Shown: piece after piece, positions 12,186-29,473 of the stretch
Position numbering within the stretch: the stretch's first letter is position 1
Layout of the letters: every line of letters begins with the position of its first letter
Assembly (NCBI GenBank): GCA_951406725.2
Contig: OX597816.1
Span: forward strand, 50,840,001 to 50,904,000
Length of the DNA: 64,000 nucleotides
Origin: Octopus vulgaris
Lineage: Eukaryota
Direction: 5' to 3'
The notes under the pieces: generated by a model
The model's database searches: none
What the model was told of the DNA's origin: nothing
Seen by the model: only the letters and a program-made list of their open reading frames with translations
Program-made: the position numbers and the translations under genes

Positions 12186-13943
12186 CTATATGTATAGTGA
12201 GTTTACATATAGACATGGTAGCCCACCGTGTATATGTATATATGTATATACATGTATAAATGCGTATACATGTGTGTATGTCATTATCGGTATCTGTGTC
12301 TGTATGTGTGCGTGCGTATAGATATACACACTTAAACACTCGTTCACACCCACAGAGATGTGCACGGAAGTACAAACCTATACATACAAACACACACACA
12401 TACACACACAAATATTCGCCGGATAGATACGTTTCGCTATATTTGGATGTTTCATAATCCCCAAACTCCGGAAGTTATTTATTTTAAGCTTTAAAACCCT
12501 ACCACTAAATATTCCGTTGTATGGATCAAGTATAGAGTGACAAATTTCTAGTATGATGCATGGGTTTTGGCACATGTAACTTTGCATGTGGCACGTTAGC
12601 ACATGATGGCACAAACACTTTAATGGGTTACATGTCATGTGTCAACACTGAAAAATGTCACACCCTAAATTCTTTATATGCCTGACACATTTGGGAAGCA
12701 GAAGAACTGAGACGACGTTCTTACCCGTGAATGAAGAAGCCCTTGCTCACGTAGCTGATAGTGTCAGCACTATTCGGATTATAAACTCATACACTCAATC
12801 CGCTGAAACCTCGTAACACCTGCCGTATATTGCCACAGGCATTGGCTCTCCAGCCTGCTGGCCGTCCACGAGATGGAATAACTCGTGGCATTTCCTCCGA
12901 GTAAAACAGCAATCGTTATGGACGTTATGTGCTGGAAAAGCAACGTCAGTGTGGTTTTTTAAACTATGATTATAAATGAATATGCATGGCAAATAGGCGT
13001 GTCCTCGTAGGTGCAGTTAGAAATAAAGTGCAAGAATGGCTTGAGTAAAATAGATATATACCAGTTTAAATTTGTGCAGTTACTTGCAGATGCAGCCATA
13101 AGGCTGCATTTTTATCGAACGACAGAATTCGTTCAGACCATCGGATTTATTGCATCAACGGCTGGCTTATGAATCGTTTTGCCACATCACTTTTTCCGTA
13201 ATGTATTTGGTGTCGCTGACGACACTGACATCTAGTGTTTTAATGCTTCCATTTTCTCTCCCGTTTTCTCTCTCTCCCTCTATCATTTTCTCACTATCTC
13301 TATCAGTATGTGTTCAATCCCGCATTGCAAAGGCATACTGTCACCAAAAGACGCTGAATGCCCAGTCAGCCGTGTCAAGCAACGAGTGTCCAAACAACGA
13401 CACCCATTTGTCTGATTCTGTCAATGACGAGTGCAGGTTTAATGATGCTGATGTTGAAGAAAACATCTTATTGAGAGTCCATCTATACACTATTGTTCCG
13501 CGCCAACACTAATGAAAACTGTGACCATATATATTTCCAAATGATGTGTCAAGCCTTGTTCTGATTGATACACAACCACGGAATTGATATTCGCGTAGAT
13601 GCTGAGTGTTTCCATGAGATAACAATTATTTTTGAAATGTACTCCCATGTAGTGTTCCATTGTTTTACAATCTTTTAATGGATATCAGTTTGAAATTCCT
13701 TCAGCGTAGGCCGTCTGTTTTGTTCATAAACTTTATATTGTGTTGGGTTTCAGTTTATACATCATCTCCGGGAGTCAAACCACTTTGATCCATCTATTGC
13801 CATCTATTGCATTCTCATTATTTTAATGGACATCACCACTGAATATGTACACATCTTCCTTTTTGTGAAGCATATGAAACCACGATCTGATCAAGAAAAG
13901 AAGAAAGTGACAATGAATACCAATATTTTATATACAACCAAGT

Positions 13944-13984
13944 AATCCCATTAATAACGACTCGACGTCGTTATTAATGGGATT
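13944..13984. repeat. Perfect 18-bp inverted repeat with 5-nt loop
   Basis: AATCCCATTAATAACGAC-tcgac-GTCGTTATTAATGGGATT. Confidence 0.9.
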
Positions 13985-14162
13985 CGTGATGGATTCGTGG
14001 GATTAATGGGATTCGTGGGCGTCGATTCGTGAAGGAATTATGGGTGATGCTACTGTGGTTATTGTTGTTGCTTTTGTTGTCGTTGTTGTTGCTTTGCTAC
14101 TGCTTCTACAACTGCTGTTGCTGCTACAACGGCTACTGTCACTACTACTACTACCACCACTA

Positions 14163-14245
<83 letters not shown>

Positions 14246-14794
14246 TACTTCGGGGTTTGCCCTAAAAGAGAAATATCGCGGTGAATGCCCTGCCAATATT
14301 GCAGTTGCTAAATGGAGGAATACGAACACTAATTGCAATTCAATTTATCGAGTATAAAAATAATTGATGAATAAACTTTCACATCAGCAAGCCTGTTAGA
14401 AAAATATTAGACAAAACATACTCGGCTGGAGCAACAACGTTGCATTAATTTTTCAGAAGGATGCCTTAAACAACGTCCTAATACTAAATGTAAAGAGTCA
14501 AAACAAAGAGCGAAAAATACTTGTTTCTTATAATTTATATATTGACCGAATCACACTTTGCTATATCAAAAGTGAAGAGAATATGTAAAGAAACACTGGA
14601 TGCATTCATGACGTATGAAAGTAGTCTTATATACAGTCTTAACACATTTCAACTTAAAGTCCTTTGGAATGAGTCGACTTAATATTGAAAAACAGGAGCA
14701 ATGAATATATATACATGCAGGTCTATCATTTGGAAAGCACGGGGAAAAGTCACTCACACTTATAAAACCTTCCCACTGAAACGCATACGCGCAT

Positions 14795-15165
14795 ACGAAA
14801 TGCCAAGCGGTATTTCGCATGCCGTTACGTTCTGAGTTCAAATCCCGCTGACGTCGACGTTGCCATTCATCCTTTCGGGGTCGCTTAAATAAGTACCAGT
14901 TACGCACTGGGGTCGATGTAATCGACTTAATTCGCTTGTCTGTCCCTGTTTTCCCCCTCTGTGTGTAGCCCCTTGTGGGAGGTAAAGAAATAGGTATTTC
15001 TGAGTTCAAACTCCGCCGAGGTCGACTTTGCCTTTCATCCATTCGGGGTCGATAAATTAAGTACCAGTTACGCACTGCGGTCGATGTAATCGACTTAATC
15101 CCTTTGTCTGTCCTTGTTTGTCCCCTGTGTGTGTTTAGCCCCTTGTGGCTAATAAAGAAATAAGA
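14795..15165 (+). mobile_element. Tandem dimer of tRNA-derived SINE family C
   Basis: Two units with B-box GAGTTCAAA.., TTCATCC.TTCGGGGTCG, AGTACCAGTTACGCACTG.GGTCGATGTAATCGAC and AAAGAAATA tails. Confidence 0.88.
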
Positions 15166-15701
15166 AGCACATACGCGCACCAACTTACACGCATAGAAGC
15201 AAGCACACGAAAAGCAATGGAACACATGCACGCACAGACAGAATTAATATTTTTCATTCTCGCATATGTAAAGAAGAGCTTCAGTATGTGTGTGTTTCCA
15301 GTTGAGCAGTCAATGTTTCAGTGCATTTCCGTTAGCGTGGTTGGCGTGAGGTTCAAGTGTACAAGGCTTTCTGTTCACAAGTGTAATGACTGAACGCTAA
15401 GTCCCTGTGCTGTGTGTGAATCTTGGTATTAGTTTAATCAAATTGCCGCTGTCACGCATTAATCTATTGGCCCATGTAAAACAGTATCTTTCATATTATC
15501 ATGCAAGTAATGCCATGCATTCTGATGAATTATGGTTTGTGTGCATTTTGTATAACAATACTACAGCAAAATCTCTCTTGAGCAGTAAGCCGTTGATAGC
15601 GTTATATAATCCTTCCGTTCGACAAGCTATGTTCAGAAAAGCACTCATATGAACTACAACGATGTCGCTGGATATTGCTGAGGTATTCTCTCCAATACTG
15701 T

Positions 15702-16087
15702 TGTTGTTGGCACTCCGTCGGTTACGATGTCTAGTGTTCCAGTTGATCTGATAAACGGAACAGCCTGCTCGTGAAACTAACGGGCAAGTGGCTGAGCACT
15801 CCACATACGCGTGTACCCATAACGTAGTTCTCAGGGGAGATTCAGCGTAACACAGAGTGTGACAAGGCTGGCCCTTTGAAATAAAGGTACAACAGAAAGA
15901 GGAAGAAAGAGTGAGAGAAAGTCGTGGTGAAAGAGAACAGCAGGGTCACTACCACCCCCTTCCGGAGCCTCGTGGAGCTTTAGGTGTTTTCACTCAATAA
16001 ACACTCACAACGCTTGGTCTTGGAATCGAAACCATGATCATAAGACTGCAAGTCAGCTGCCCTAACCACTGGGACATTGCGCCTCCA
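15702..16087 (-). mobile_element. Full-length tRNA-headed SINE family D with target-site duplication
   Basis: Minus-strand head GGAGGCGCAATGTCCCAGTGGTTAGGGCAGC..GGTTTCGATTCC; (ACA)n tail; TSD CTCTCCAATACTGT (15688-15701) / CTCTCCGATACAGT (16088-16101). Confidence 0.9.
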
Positions 16088-17154
16088 CTCTCCGATACAG
16101 TGCTAGTTGAAAGTCACAATAGAAAGCTAGAATTTATAATTGTCACAATGTAAAGATTAGATTAAAATCGCTATACTATACAGATTTGCAGAACATATAA
16201 TTAATTAATTTACATTGCATGTTCTGATCACTTGGCTTTGGACTTGATATATTTGATACAGCAAAGCACTTCAGTATTTATATATGTACAGAAATCTTAT
16301 GAGTAAAAAGTGATTATAATTTTTGTATTATATGGAAATAAAAATAAAGATGGCGAAGGTAACACTACACTTCAATGTACCTGTTTGTATTGCCCAAAAC
16401 TCCTCTTGATTTCCTGAGTTATATAAATCATATCGAAGCTCAGTTAGTTTTATTGTTACAGCACACCAAGCTATGATTCATCATCAACGTGGTGCATATC
16501 AGTTCCTATCTTGTTGACAGCGTTCTATTGTTGCTATCACACGCGCATGTATGGCGCTTCTGGATGAAAATGTTGATGCAACACAAAGTAAAGGAATCAT
16601 ACCAGCCAATTCAAAAGTCGTGACAAAAGTTCTGACAACTCTAACAGATGAGTTGCATAACTTGCCTAATGGAAACGAGATGAAACTTTCCAGACACCAC
16701 CAACATGTACATTTTACTCAGTGATATTTTCCTGAATGTAAATTGATTGTCACATGCGTAGTAACATGAACCCGTTATATTTTGTCTGAGAAATATATAT
16801 ATTTATAAAATATTGATGTAAACTTCCAGCATTTTTTAAGAGTCTAATAAGTAAATATCCTGAAGAAAGTTGATTTTTATAGTAAAGTGAAAAGCATCAT
16901 TCAATTACACTCTGTAAATGCTAGCATTTTCCTGCTTTTCTGCATATCATCTAAAGTCTATCATTTCCACCCAAAGCTTTATGGGTTTTCAATACATACA
17001 AAATGAATTATATTTTAACTATAAATTGTCTTTGTTTACGCCCAGAAATTTTTCGCAAATACACATCTTAGACAAATATACATGGATGCATACATTCACA
17101 CATAAATACGTATATACACATAACATATATTGTATGTATGAATATTTGTATCTA

Positions 17155-17202
<48 letters not shown>

Positions 17203-17338
17203 TATTAATGCATATATTTAAATATACATGTGTATATATATAGGCATGAATATATTTATAAAGATAAATTAGATAGAGTGATACTATTGACAATATGTAA
17301 TAATATAACATAATATTATGTAGCATATCGTCCGTTAC

Positions 17339-17391
<53 letters not shown>

Positions 17392-17838
17392 CTGTGTGTG
17401 TGTTGTTTGTATGGATATGGATATCTATATGTGTATATATATAGGGATGTATATATATGTATATATTTATATATATACGTGTATTTACTTATGTGTGTAT
17501 GTGTGTTTGTCCATATGTATATAATTATATTTAACCGCACATATAGGATAATGGCATGTAGCTGGAAAATTCGGCGTCATTGTCTATAACTTCTTTCTGA
17601 TAATTAATACAATTGGTTAAACCAAAAAGACGGTATTTCTTTGAGCAGGAGAAATAGGTGTCACTATATGACCTCGAACGATTATCCGATATTTCGATGT
17701 TAAAGCGCAACTTCGGCTGGAACGTGGGTAATCAGCAGTAGGTCAAATCACTGTCCCTCGTCTCATTCCATCTTCACACTACTTCTACATTTACACAGAC
17801 ATACACACATATATATGTATGTATACATGCCTACATAT

Positions 17839-17882
<44 letters not shown>

Positions 17883-18074
17883 AAATACATTATGAATCTA
17901 AGCAAATATATATGTGTGTATGTGTGTGTGTGTGTGCGTATATATAAACACACACATACAAACACATATTTATAAATTAATATTTAAGTGTTAGGTATGT
18001 CGCATTTTACATGCCGATAATATACATTCACTTATTTTGCTCAACGGCTTAAAACTACGGACACTAACACATGG

Positions 18075-18341
<267 letters not shown>

Positions 18342-19190
18342 TAAGCATACACAAACATGCGTCAGTATATTTGTACACATACATGTAAAAAGGACGCAGA
18401 AGTTTCCGCGTTACCGTATATATTTGCCTTCAAATCATTTATAAGTATGTTCGTAATATTAAATTAACCTTGAATTTAATGGAAGACTCCGAATAAGAAT
18501 TACATATTTCTTTGTGTGCACGTATTTTTTGTGTCATTGTGGGTTTTTATAGTTGTACGTGTGTGTATGTAGGCTAATCATGTCTCTTACTCTATGTGAT
18601 ATGGCATTTGATATGCATGCAGTTATCAATATTGATCATATACATATCATAAGCGATGCTGAGTTATGCTTCCTAAGTCATATTGGGTTATGATTTGTAA
18701 ATTGCCTTGATCATATCCGTGTTCTACATTTTGGTGTATGTTCCTTGAGCGATGTAGTTAGGTAATGGCAAATGGCCCGCTGACTAGACAAAGAAACACG
18801 AACACATGTTCATAAATCTCGCCTTTCACAACAAAGAGCCAGCGATATTACTTCATGGTATATCAAATTCAGACAATTCGCGATTCTGAAGATCATCTGT
18901 CTACCTAATATGGAGTTGTTTTCAGTTGCCAAATGGCAATTGTGAAACAAAATTTCTACAAGCTGAGATGAGTTTAATAAATCAAAACACTCTCTTTGTA
19001 TTGTATCTGATATAACCATATTTGTCTGAGTTGTTCATGTAAATGCCAGAGGTCACTTTGAATTATTTCTCTTAGTAGTACATTTAAATAAATATTGCAT
19101 GTATGTATGTATTTTTGTATGTGTGTATGTATACATCTATGCATATATATATATATATATATATATATGAATGTATATATATATATATAT

Positions 19191-19400
19191 AGTTAATCCA
19201 AACAAGAAAACACAGAAAAAAACACAGTAACGCGAGGACGTGGAACAATTAAATTATTATTTGACGCTCAGGAAAGAAGGGAAGGAGGGTTTAACGTTTC
19301 GAGCGGAGCTCTTCGTCGGAAACAAAGGAGAAGGAAAGATCCCGAGAAGGGAAGACAGAGGAAAAAAATATATTTGCTGGTGGTGCTCAAGAGATCACAT
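19191..19400 (-). mobile_element. Family 1 repeat, hammerhead-like motif at 19289-19323
   Basis: Minus strand GTTT-CCGACGA-A-GAGC-TCC-GCTC-GAAAC-GTT-AAAC. Confidence 0.75.
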
Positions 19401-20049
19401 ATTTATATAATGCATGTATATACATATGTATAAAATATATGTATATATCTATCCATTTATCTATGCAACTCTCTGTCTAGCTAGCTACCTATTATCTAAT
19501 CGTCTGTCTTGCGCACCCTACTGAAGAGGTAATGACATCAATCTGGGATTCAAATGAACAAATGCGTTAAGTCTAAAAAAATCCCAGTTAACTGTTTAAA
19601 GCGACAAATATTACATAACATTTCACATGGAACTTCTGCGTGAATTTGGTACGTAACCAATAGTTATTAAAAATGTGATAAATTATTTCCCAGTCTTTGT
19701 ATTTTATTATATTTTGCTGTTCGTTCAATACACGCATCGTGTTTACCGATATGGTAACTAACATTTCTATACTTGCAGGAGTACAATTAAGAGAGAAGAC
19801 ACCTTCAAGCTCAGGTTGAGTGCTGCAGGAGAAACACAACATGGAACTTTAAATATATGAGTGTGAAATGTTTGTGAGTTTCTGTGTTTACCGTATGCCT
19901 GTGTGTCTGTGACTCTTACCGTGTGTGTCATCGTGAGTGTATGTCTGTAATATTTTCTCCCAGAGTCGCAAAGAGTATCGGATGTCAATACACTTGTGAT
20001 AAATGTTGAATAGTGTTTGAAAATTTAAAATTGTTATGCTGAAGAAGAA

Positions 20050-20244
20050 TTCGATTAAATTATATACTACATATATATTTGGGCATTTAATATCAAAATT
20101 TTAATTTTCGGAGATAAGTTCCACACATTTTTGCCAAGTAATGATATATATCAAATGAAATAAAACATTATGCATTTAATATAAAACTTCTAATTTTCAG
20201 AACTACGTTACGAAATTTGGACACGACTGTACGTCGAGGGTTAA
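20050..20244. mobile_element. Possible piggyBac-type non-autonomous element end
   Basis: Ends ..CGTCGAGGG-TTAA (TTAA/CCC signature); the matching other end was not found. Confidence 0.3.
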
Positions 20245-20479
20245 AATAACCTTCTAAAGATGAGCTTACGAATGAAGACACCTGGTGGCTAGGTGAGCAC
20301 GTCAATAACACTCCGAATCCCACATGAGGCTCGTTAAGGAGTGGACATGTATATATCTAAACAGAAGCAGCGAAAACGAAGTGATCCACGAAAGGTACGA
20401 CAGATCTAACAGTGGTAACTAAGATCTTGCGACCGATACAACAACCAGTAGGTCATATGCCGGCCAAACACAAGCGCAC

Positions 20480-22760
<2,281 letters not shown>

Positions 22761-23306
22761 GTGTATAATAATGAGTGTTATTAATGTGTGCGTCTATATG
22801 TGCCTGTGCATCTGAACTAGAAGCCATTTACCCCATTGTGTCTGAATAACATATGTGCGTCAAAGATATTCGTATGCAGCTATAGTAAGTTCTAAAATTT
22901 ATCGAAATACCTATACGGAGAGCACTACTCCGTGTATCCGTTCTGTAATTTGAACAAACTTTCAACCGGCCGAATGTTTAGGAAAGGTTTTGTATGACTG
23001 TATGCTCGCTTTATTTACACTTACATATGTCAACGAAGCACTGATAATGAGATAATGTCATGGTTTATCCATTTCGCACTACGTTTTTTGTTTTAACTTT
23101 TTTTTTTTATTTCCAAATAGAATATGAATTGAATATAAATATTATCATATAATATATGTTTAATTACATACGCGTGTGTTTAAGCTGGCAGCCACGCTTT
23201 CATACGCGTTATCTATATGCCTAGATGTTTACTTATATACGTATATAAACTTTCATACATACTAAGTCAGGCTAACAACAAAGTAACACACACAAGCCCA
23301 AGCATA

Positions 23307-23346
<40 letters not shown>

Positions 23347-23618
23347 ATTGTACACAAATACATATATGTTTCTGTAGATTTTATGATATAGGGTACACAA
23401 ATATGGATGTATAAACATGTAACTTAATACACCTAAATATATATATTTAGTAAAGTTACACATAAAACACACACGCATACATATATACATATATACATAC
23501 ATATATACATATATACACACATATATTTATAAATACATACTGGTCCATGCTCATACATATACATGTATGTATCTATTCCTGCATATATGTATGTATGTGT
23601 GTGTGTGTGTGTAAATGT

Positions 23619-23654
<36 letters not shown>

Positions 23655-24635
23655 AGAACGCAGCAAACAACGTTTTACTTTCCATTCCCCGTCCGTATTT
23701 TATGTCATAAAATATATTTCTGCATTTGTTTTCTTGGACAGCTATACCATTCGTGTTTTACCTGGGGAAAATATAATTTCGTGCACAACCATGCATACAC
23801 ACACAAAAAGAACTGATGTTTACTGCCTGTAGTTACATAACAGCATGCATGTATGAATAAGCGCCTAAAACGTGTGTACGTATGTGTGTATACGTGTATA
23901 TAAATGTCTACATTTTCACATATAGATGTTTCAATATAAAAATTTATGTGTATGTACAAATATATATGCCGATATACATATATGTTTATATGTGTATTTA
24001 CATATGTACTTTTATTCGGATGGTACAAGAATGCACTTGTGTGTAAATATTTACACGCATATATGTGTAGCTTGGATGATTGCTATATGAACTGCTTGTT
24101 TTCAGGTTCAGTCCCGCCGCGGGACACCCTGGGAAATTGATTTTTAATATTGTACTTGGTCGACCAAAACAGTTTGATGAAAATCCTTAACATACAGACA
24201 CATGCACACACACACACGCGCGCGCGCACGCACGCACGCACGCACGCACGCACATGCACACATACACTACAAGCACACATACAGAATCGCACACACAGAC
24301 ACAGTCACAGACACAAACCCACTCACTCAAACACATTAATATATACATATATAAAATTGTGTGTACATTTTTTTTTTTGTGTTTCTCCCCAAAACTTGAA
24401 AATCGGTGGGTGCGTTTACATCCCCACATCTTTGCATTTCCTGCAATGAGACACATAGAATAATAATCACATTTTATAAAAATAACAAAGTAAAAAAAAA
24501 ACAAGTTTTGGGGGCGATTTATTCGGCTAAATCCTTAAAAGCTTTGATGTTGAATCAAGTATAAGATATGGCAAAAAAGTTATGCATACACACACACACA
24601 TATATATATATATAGGTGTATATATATATACATAC

Positions 24636-24729
<94 letters not shown>

Positions 24730-25873
24730 ACATATATATGTGTGTATGTGTATATGTATATATATATATATATATACATTTCTATATTCATGCGTATCTA
24801 TATCCCAAACAATTTTACAAGATACGTAATAATGGGGTAGAAATAAAATTTGCATTCTTTTATATACAATTATATAACAATTTCGAAGTTTTTAGAGAAA
24901 GACATTTAAGGTAGGTAGACTTACCTTTACACTCCTACTTCATTAATAGAATCTGTAGTGTATAAACTGATGTCGGTTGTAGTATAGATTTGTACGTTAG
25001 CTCTACACACGTGTGGTGAATGTATTTTTTTTTTCTGTATGTCTGCTAGTGTTGAATTTTCTTTCTTTCTCTCTCTTTCCTTTTACTTTTTTTTTCCCCC
25101 TGTTGATGATTTCTTTATCGTTTCTATGTGCTTTTCCCTTTTATCCGACAGTATTATTCCTGGAGATCGGCTGAAAAATATGGACAGCTGGCATTCCGCT
25201 GTAGATGTTTATTTCCTTCTTTGTAGTTCATTTATAGTTTGTAGTTACCGCACTACAAAGCATGTTATATTTATACTTTTCTTTTTCAATTTAATTTAAG
25301 TCAATAATAAGACTCCGAAGTGCGTATTCGTTAAACAATTATATGAAAATACACAGAGACATTTAAATTTACTTAACATATATATATGTGTGTGTTTTTG
25401 TGTGTGTGTGCGTTGATCGAATGATCTATAGAGGAACACGCTTATAGGTATACAGTTAGATAGATCGATAGACAGATAATAAGATAGATAGATAGATAGA
25501 TAGTCAGACGCATAAAATTGTACTTATTTTAAAATAACAAAAGCGCACGTTTTATGCTTTATATCTTACGTATTCCTATTTTCTAAACAAAAACAAAATG
25601 TTAAAAAATGGTACCCTGTTATTTTTTGTTTATATTAATTTTAGGAATATGATGTATTACACACCTTTTTTTTAAAAAAAAAATCACATTCCAAAAAATA
25701 TACCTATGCTAGAAATCAATATTTAGTACATATGCATTTCTTTCTTTCCCTGATTTATTTTAACCTCTGTTTATTATTCGTTGCATTTTAGAATTTATCT
25801 TTGTTGTTGTTGCTGCTTTATACATACATATTTACCTACATACCTACATACATGCATACATGCATATATACAT

Positions 25874-25920
<47 letters not shown>

Positions 25921-27064
25921 ATTTATATATGTATATTTATAGTAATATCGGCCCACGTTAATAAGTGGTGTGTTAAGGTGCTAACTCAACTATGAAATAA
26001 AAGCAGAAATCGCTACAAAATTTGAAAAATATCACAAGAGCAACACACAGTCACGTCAGTAATAACAACAGCAAAAACAAAGGTTAGAGGACGCTTTTAA
26101 CTCACAGCTAAAAAAACGTTCAAATTGCATCCACCCCACTAGAAGAGACTTAGTTTACTAATGCTTTATGCTACACCAAGATGACTTAGCGAGACACTCC
26201 ACAATTACGGCAACAACAAGAACGAACACACTATAATATCGATCGACGTTAGATCGAGAAGGAATCTGACGCTTTAGCTTCGCAGATGTCTATAGGTAGA
26301 TCTGAAGTGTAAAACTCTGTGTGGGCTAGCTATATTTCTGTTAGTATATCAGCATGGTTGTGTGTAGATACATGTGAACGCGTGTGTGATTGTGTATGTC
26401 TGTATGTGCAAGCGCTCGTGCTTATGTGCGTATACCTCCGTATTTCTAAACGGACATAGGAGGCGAAGGGTGATTTTTCTCTCTTTCATTCCTCTTTCAT
26501 CGTATAGTATTCATTAAATCTCAGTTCTTCTCTCCATATGTGTTGCAATCTCTTTCTTCATTTTTTTTTTTCTCTTTCCTATACCTCACTCATCTTTTAC
26601 TTCAGTCATTTTGTCCCTCTCTCACTCACTGCTTTTTCTTTCTATCATTCTTGTACAAATTCCATTTTCATTGTGTGGAATCAGTCTGTTTTTAAGTTTA
26701 CATTTTTTTTCAGTTTTGATCATCTATTATAAACTTGCGTCGAAGTTTCTTTTTGTGATACAAAGATTCCCAGATGCTCACGGATATATTTAATAATATA
26801 CACATTACACTCATAAATACGCACGAGCAAGCTCAAATCTCTCTATCTCTCTCTCTCTCCCCCCTCTCTCTCTCTTTCTCTCTCTCTTTTTCTCTCTCTC
26901 TCTATCTATCTTTATTTGTCTATCTCTATCTATCTATTCATTTAACTATCTATTTCTCTATACATATATGCGTGTGTGAGTGTGTGTCTGTGTGTGTGTG
27001 TGGATAGAATGTGATAACTAGATAAATACTCACAAAAGCAGAATAAAAATCACACGCACGAATA

Positions 27065-27073
27065 CATAATAAT

Positions 27074-27149
<76 letters not shown>

Positions 27150-27214
27150 GTAATAATAATAATAATAAAAATAATAATAATAATAATATTAATAATAATA
27201 ATAATAATAATAAT

Positions 27215-27251
<37 letters not shown>

Positions 27252-27298
27252 GCAACAACAACAACAAAAAGAACAGCAACAAGTGCTGCTGCTACTAT

Positions 27299-27346
<48 letters not shown>

Positions 27347-27350
27347 AACA
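27065..27350. repeat. (AAT)n/(AAC)n/(TAC)n microsatellite
   Basis: Direct inspection. Confidence 0.95.
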
Positions 27351-27460
27351 AAAATAATATAAGGTCACTCACTGACACGCACATATACATAAAAATACCT
27401 GTGCATACCTACATACTTCCCCCCCATCATACTATCTACGCACTTACATATACTTATGCT

Positions 27461-27491
<31 letters not shown>

Positions 27492-27966
27492 AACACATAT
27501 GAACGCACATATGTATAGGAACATACACATATGTGCGCCGTCATGCACAAGCACACACATCCTATACGTAACATGAACATAGATATTCTTTAACAATAAG
27601 CACTGCATTAATCTAGCACTCACATAATCACAATACAAAAATATTTAGTTTTCTTATTTGTGTATAAAATAAAACATATGTTTATACATTTGCACTTATG
27701 CATTCACTCTTTTTTTAATGTAACTTCTATGTGTTCTTTCACCTTGCTGTAAGAAACCAGAAAAATGCATAATGTTATATTTTCCTTCTGTTTTATCTGG
27801 CATTAACTCCTAATCTATACGTGGGATCTTTATTATTATCATCATTATAATCATCATATTCATCATCGCCCTCGTCATCATCATCGTCGTCGTCATCGTG
27901 GTGGTGGTGGTGGTGGTGGTGATGGTGATCGTCGTCGTCATTATCATTATTATCCACGTTATTATG

Positions 27967-28260
27967 AGGCCGCAAGGGTTAGTACTTAGGGTGTTACACT
28001 CACCATCGCTAGGTCGTGATTTCAGTTCCTAGAACGGGTGGGGCATTGTGTTCTTGATCAAAACACTTCATCTTATGTTGCTCGGCGATCACTTCAACAC
28101 CCTGCAAGTGGTACATAGTGCAGCTGTTCAGACAACGTCAATCCGATGGGGGGTGGGGAGTATGCTGATATGTGACAAGAACATTTCCTCATTATAAAAA
28201 ACCATTGGTGCATGTTATTCGCCAAAAGCTAAGCGCCCATGCGTCGTCATCGACGGGAGA
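27967..28260 (+). mobile_element. Old tRNA-headed SINE related to family D
   Basis: TTAGGGTGTT..CTCA..TTCCT..TTGTGTTCTTGA.CAAAACACTT shared with 62428-62530. Confidence 0.6.
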
Positions 28261-28279
28261 ATCCATCGTTAATATTGTT

Positions 28280-28790
28280 ATCGAATGACAGAGCAATCGA
28301 TACCGTTAAAATGATACTGGGGCACAAATATAGGAAGCCCAATACAATCATCATAACTACCCGCCTGATAAGGGTACACCAGGCAATGCCATCTGTGCGC
28401 GACACGGTGATCTCATACCAAGATCAACAGCGCAGGATCTTGAAATTGGGAACCAGTTAGCTCTTTCATCATGTTGAATAGCCACTGAAAATGTCGCTGA
28501 ATAGGGGTTCTTTACGGATGATAAACGAATCAAAGATGTTTTCACAGGTGAATTATTCAAAGCTCAAGTAATTCCTCTCAACGCAGGGTGATGATGCTCC
28601 CCAAAAAACTCCTGATCATGAGGAGAGCTGCGCATACCAACAGCTACTAGAGGACATTGTCAAACAGCGAAGCTCAAGCAACTGACAAGCAAATCTGTGG
28701 TATTAAGCAGAATATTTGCTGTAGTCCAAGTTTAACACCAAGACACAACGTATTCATGATAACACTTCCAATCATTTACGATCATAATCC
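28280..28790 (-). mobile_element. Diverged copy of the 8579-9085 retroposon
   Basis: Collinear shared blocks with 8579-9085. Confidence 0.7.
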
Positions 28791-28849
28791 ATGTAAGCCA
28801 TGTAAGTATAACATCGGGACATTTATTATTTTCATGTTCATTGTCATTA

Positions 28850-28945
28850 TCATCTTCGTTCAATTCTCCTTCCATTTCTTATCGAGTATCTTCCTGAGAT
28901 CTGGGCCGGTGAAAAGTATTGTATACATTGGTAGTCCTTCAGAAT
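28850..28945 (-). mobile_element. Third, older copy of the (TAA)n-associated 3'-end fragment
   Basis: CTTCCATTTCTT..GAGTATCTTCC..GTATACATTGGTAG aligns to 7333-7465. Confidence 0.45.
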
Positions 28946-28985
28946 AAACATATCATATTGTTCATTTACAAAATGATGTGATACT

Positions 28986-29036
28986 GAAGAAGAAGAAGAA
29001 GAAGAAGAAGAAGAAGAAGAAGAAGAAGAAGAAGAA
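28986..29036. repeat. (GAA)n microsatellite
   Basis: Direct inspection. Confidence 0.97.
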
Positions 29037-29473
29037 AGACAAAGAGAAAATTGAAACAATTTAAATTAAACAAAGAAAGTAAAGTGGTGGGAAAGGATTG
29101 AATATTCACAGCGACAATGCTCTTCTCATTACGTGTGACGTACCAGTTAAGACAAGCTTTAGTATTTTCTGCATGGATGGTAAGTCAGGGACCATTTTAA
29201 AATAATTTTCAGTTCCTGTTTTGATCGATTCACATAAAGCTAAAAGAGTAGGGGAAAGGGCAGGACATGCCCTCGTCCGTGAGAAGACCCATTACAACCG
29301 TTGGAAAAAGACTTCAAGTAAATAACGAAGGAGAGAGTATTTTCATTACTTAGGAAAATAACTAAAGAATCCAAATAACTAGAGAATCCAATAATTAGAG
29401 AATCCAACAAGATCTGGAAAAGTCGTACATGAAAGAATTTGAAATGGTGAAGACACACCAGGTTAAGATGTTT

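Noticed and set aside
13980-14031. Short repeats with variable spacers resembling a CRISPR array
   Set aside because: Repeats are only 8-9 bp with 2-9 bp spacers, in a eukaryotic context with no cas genes.
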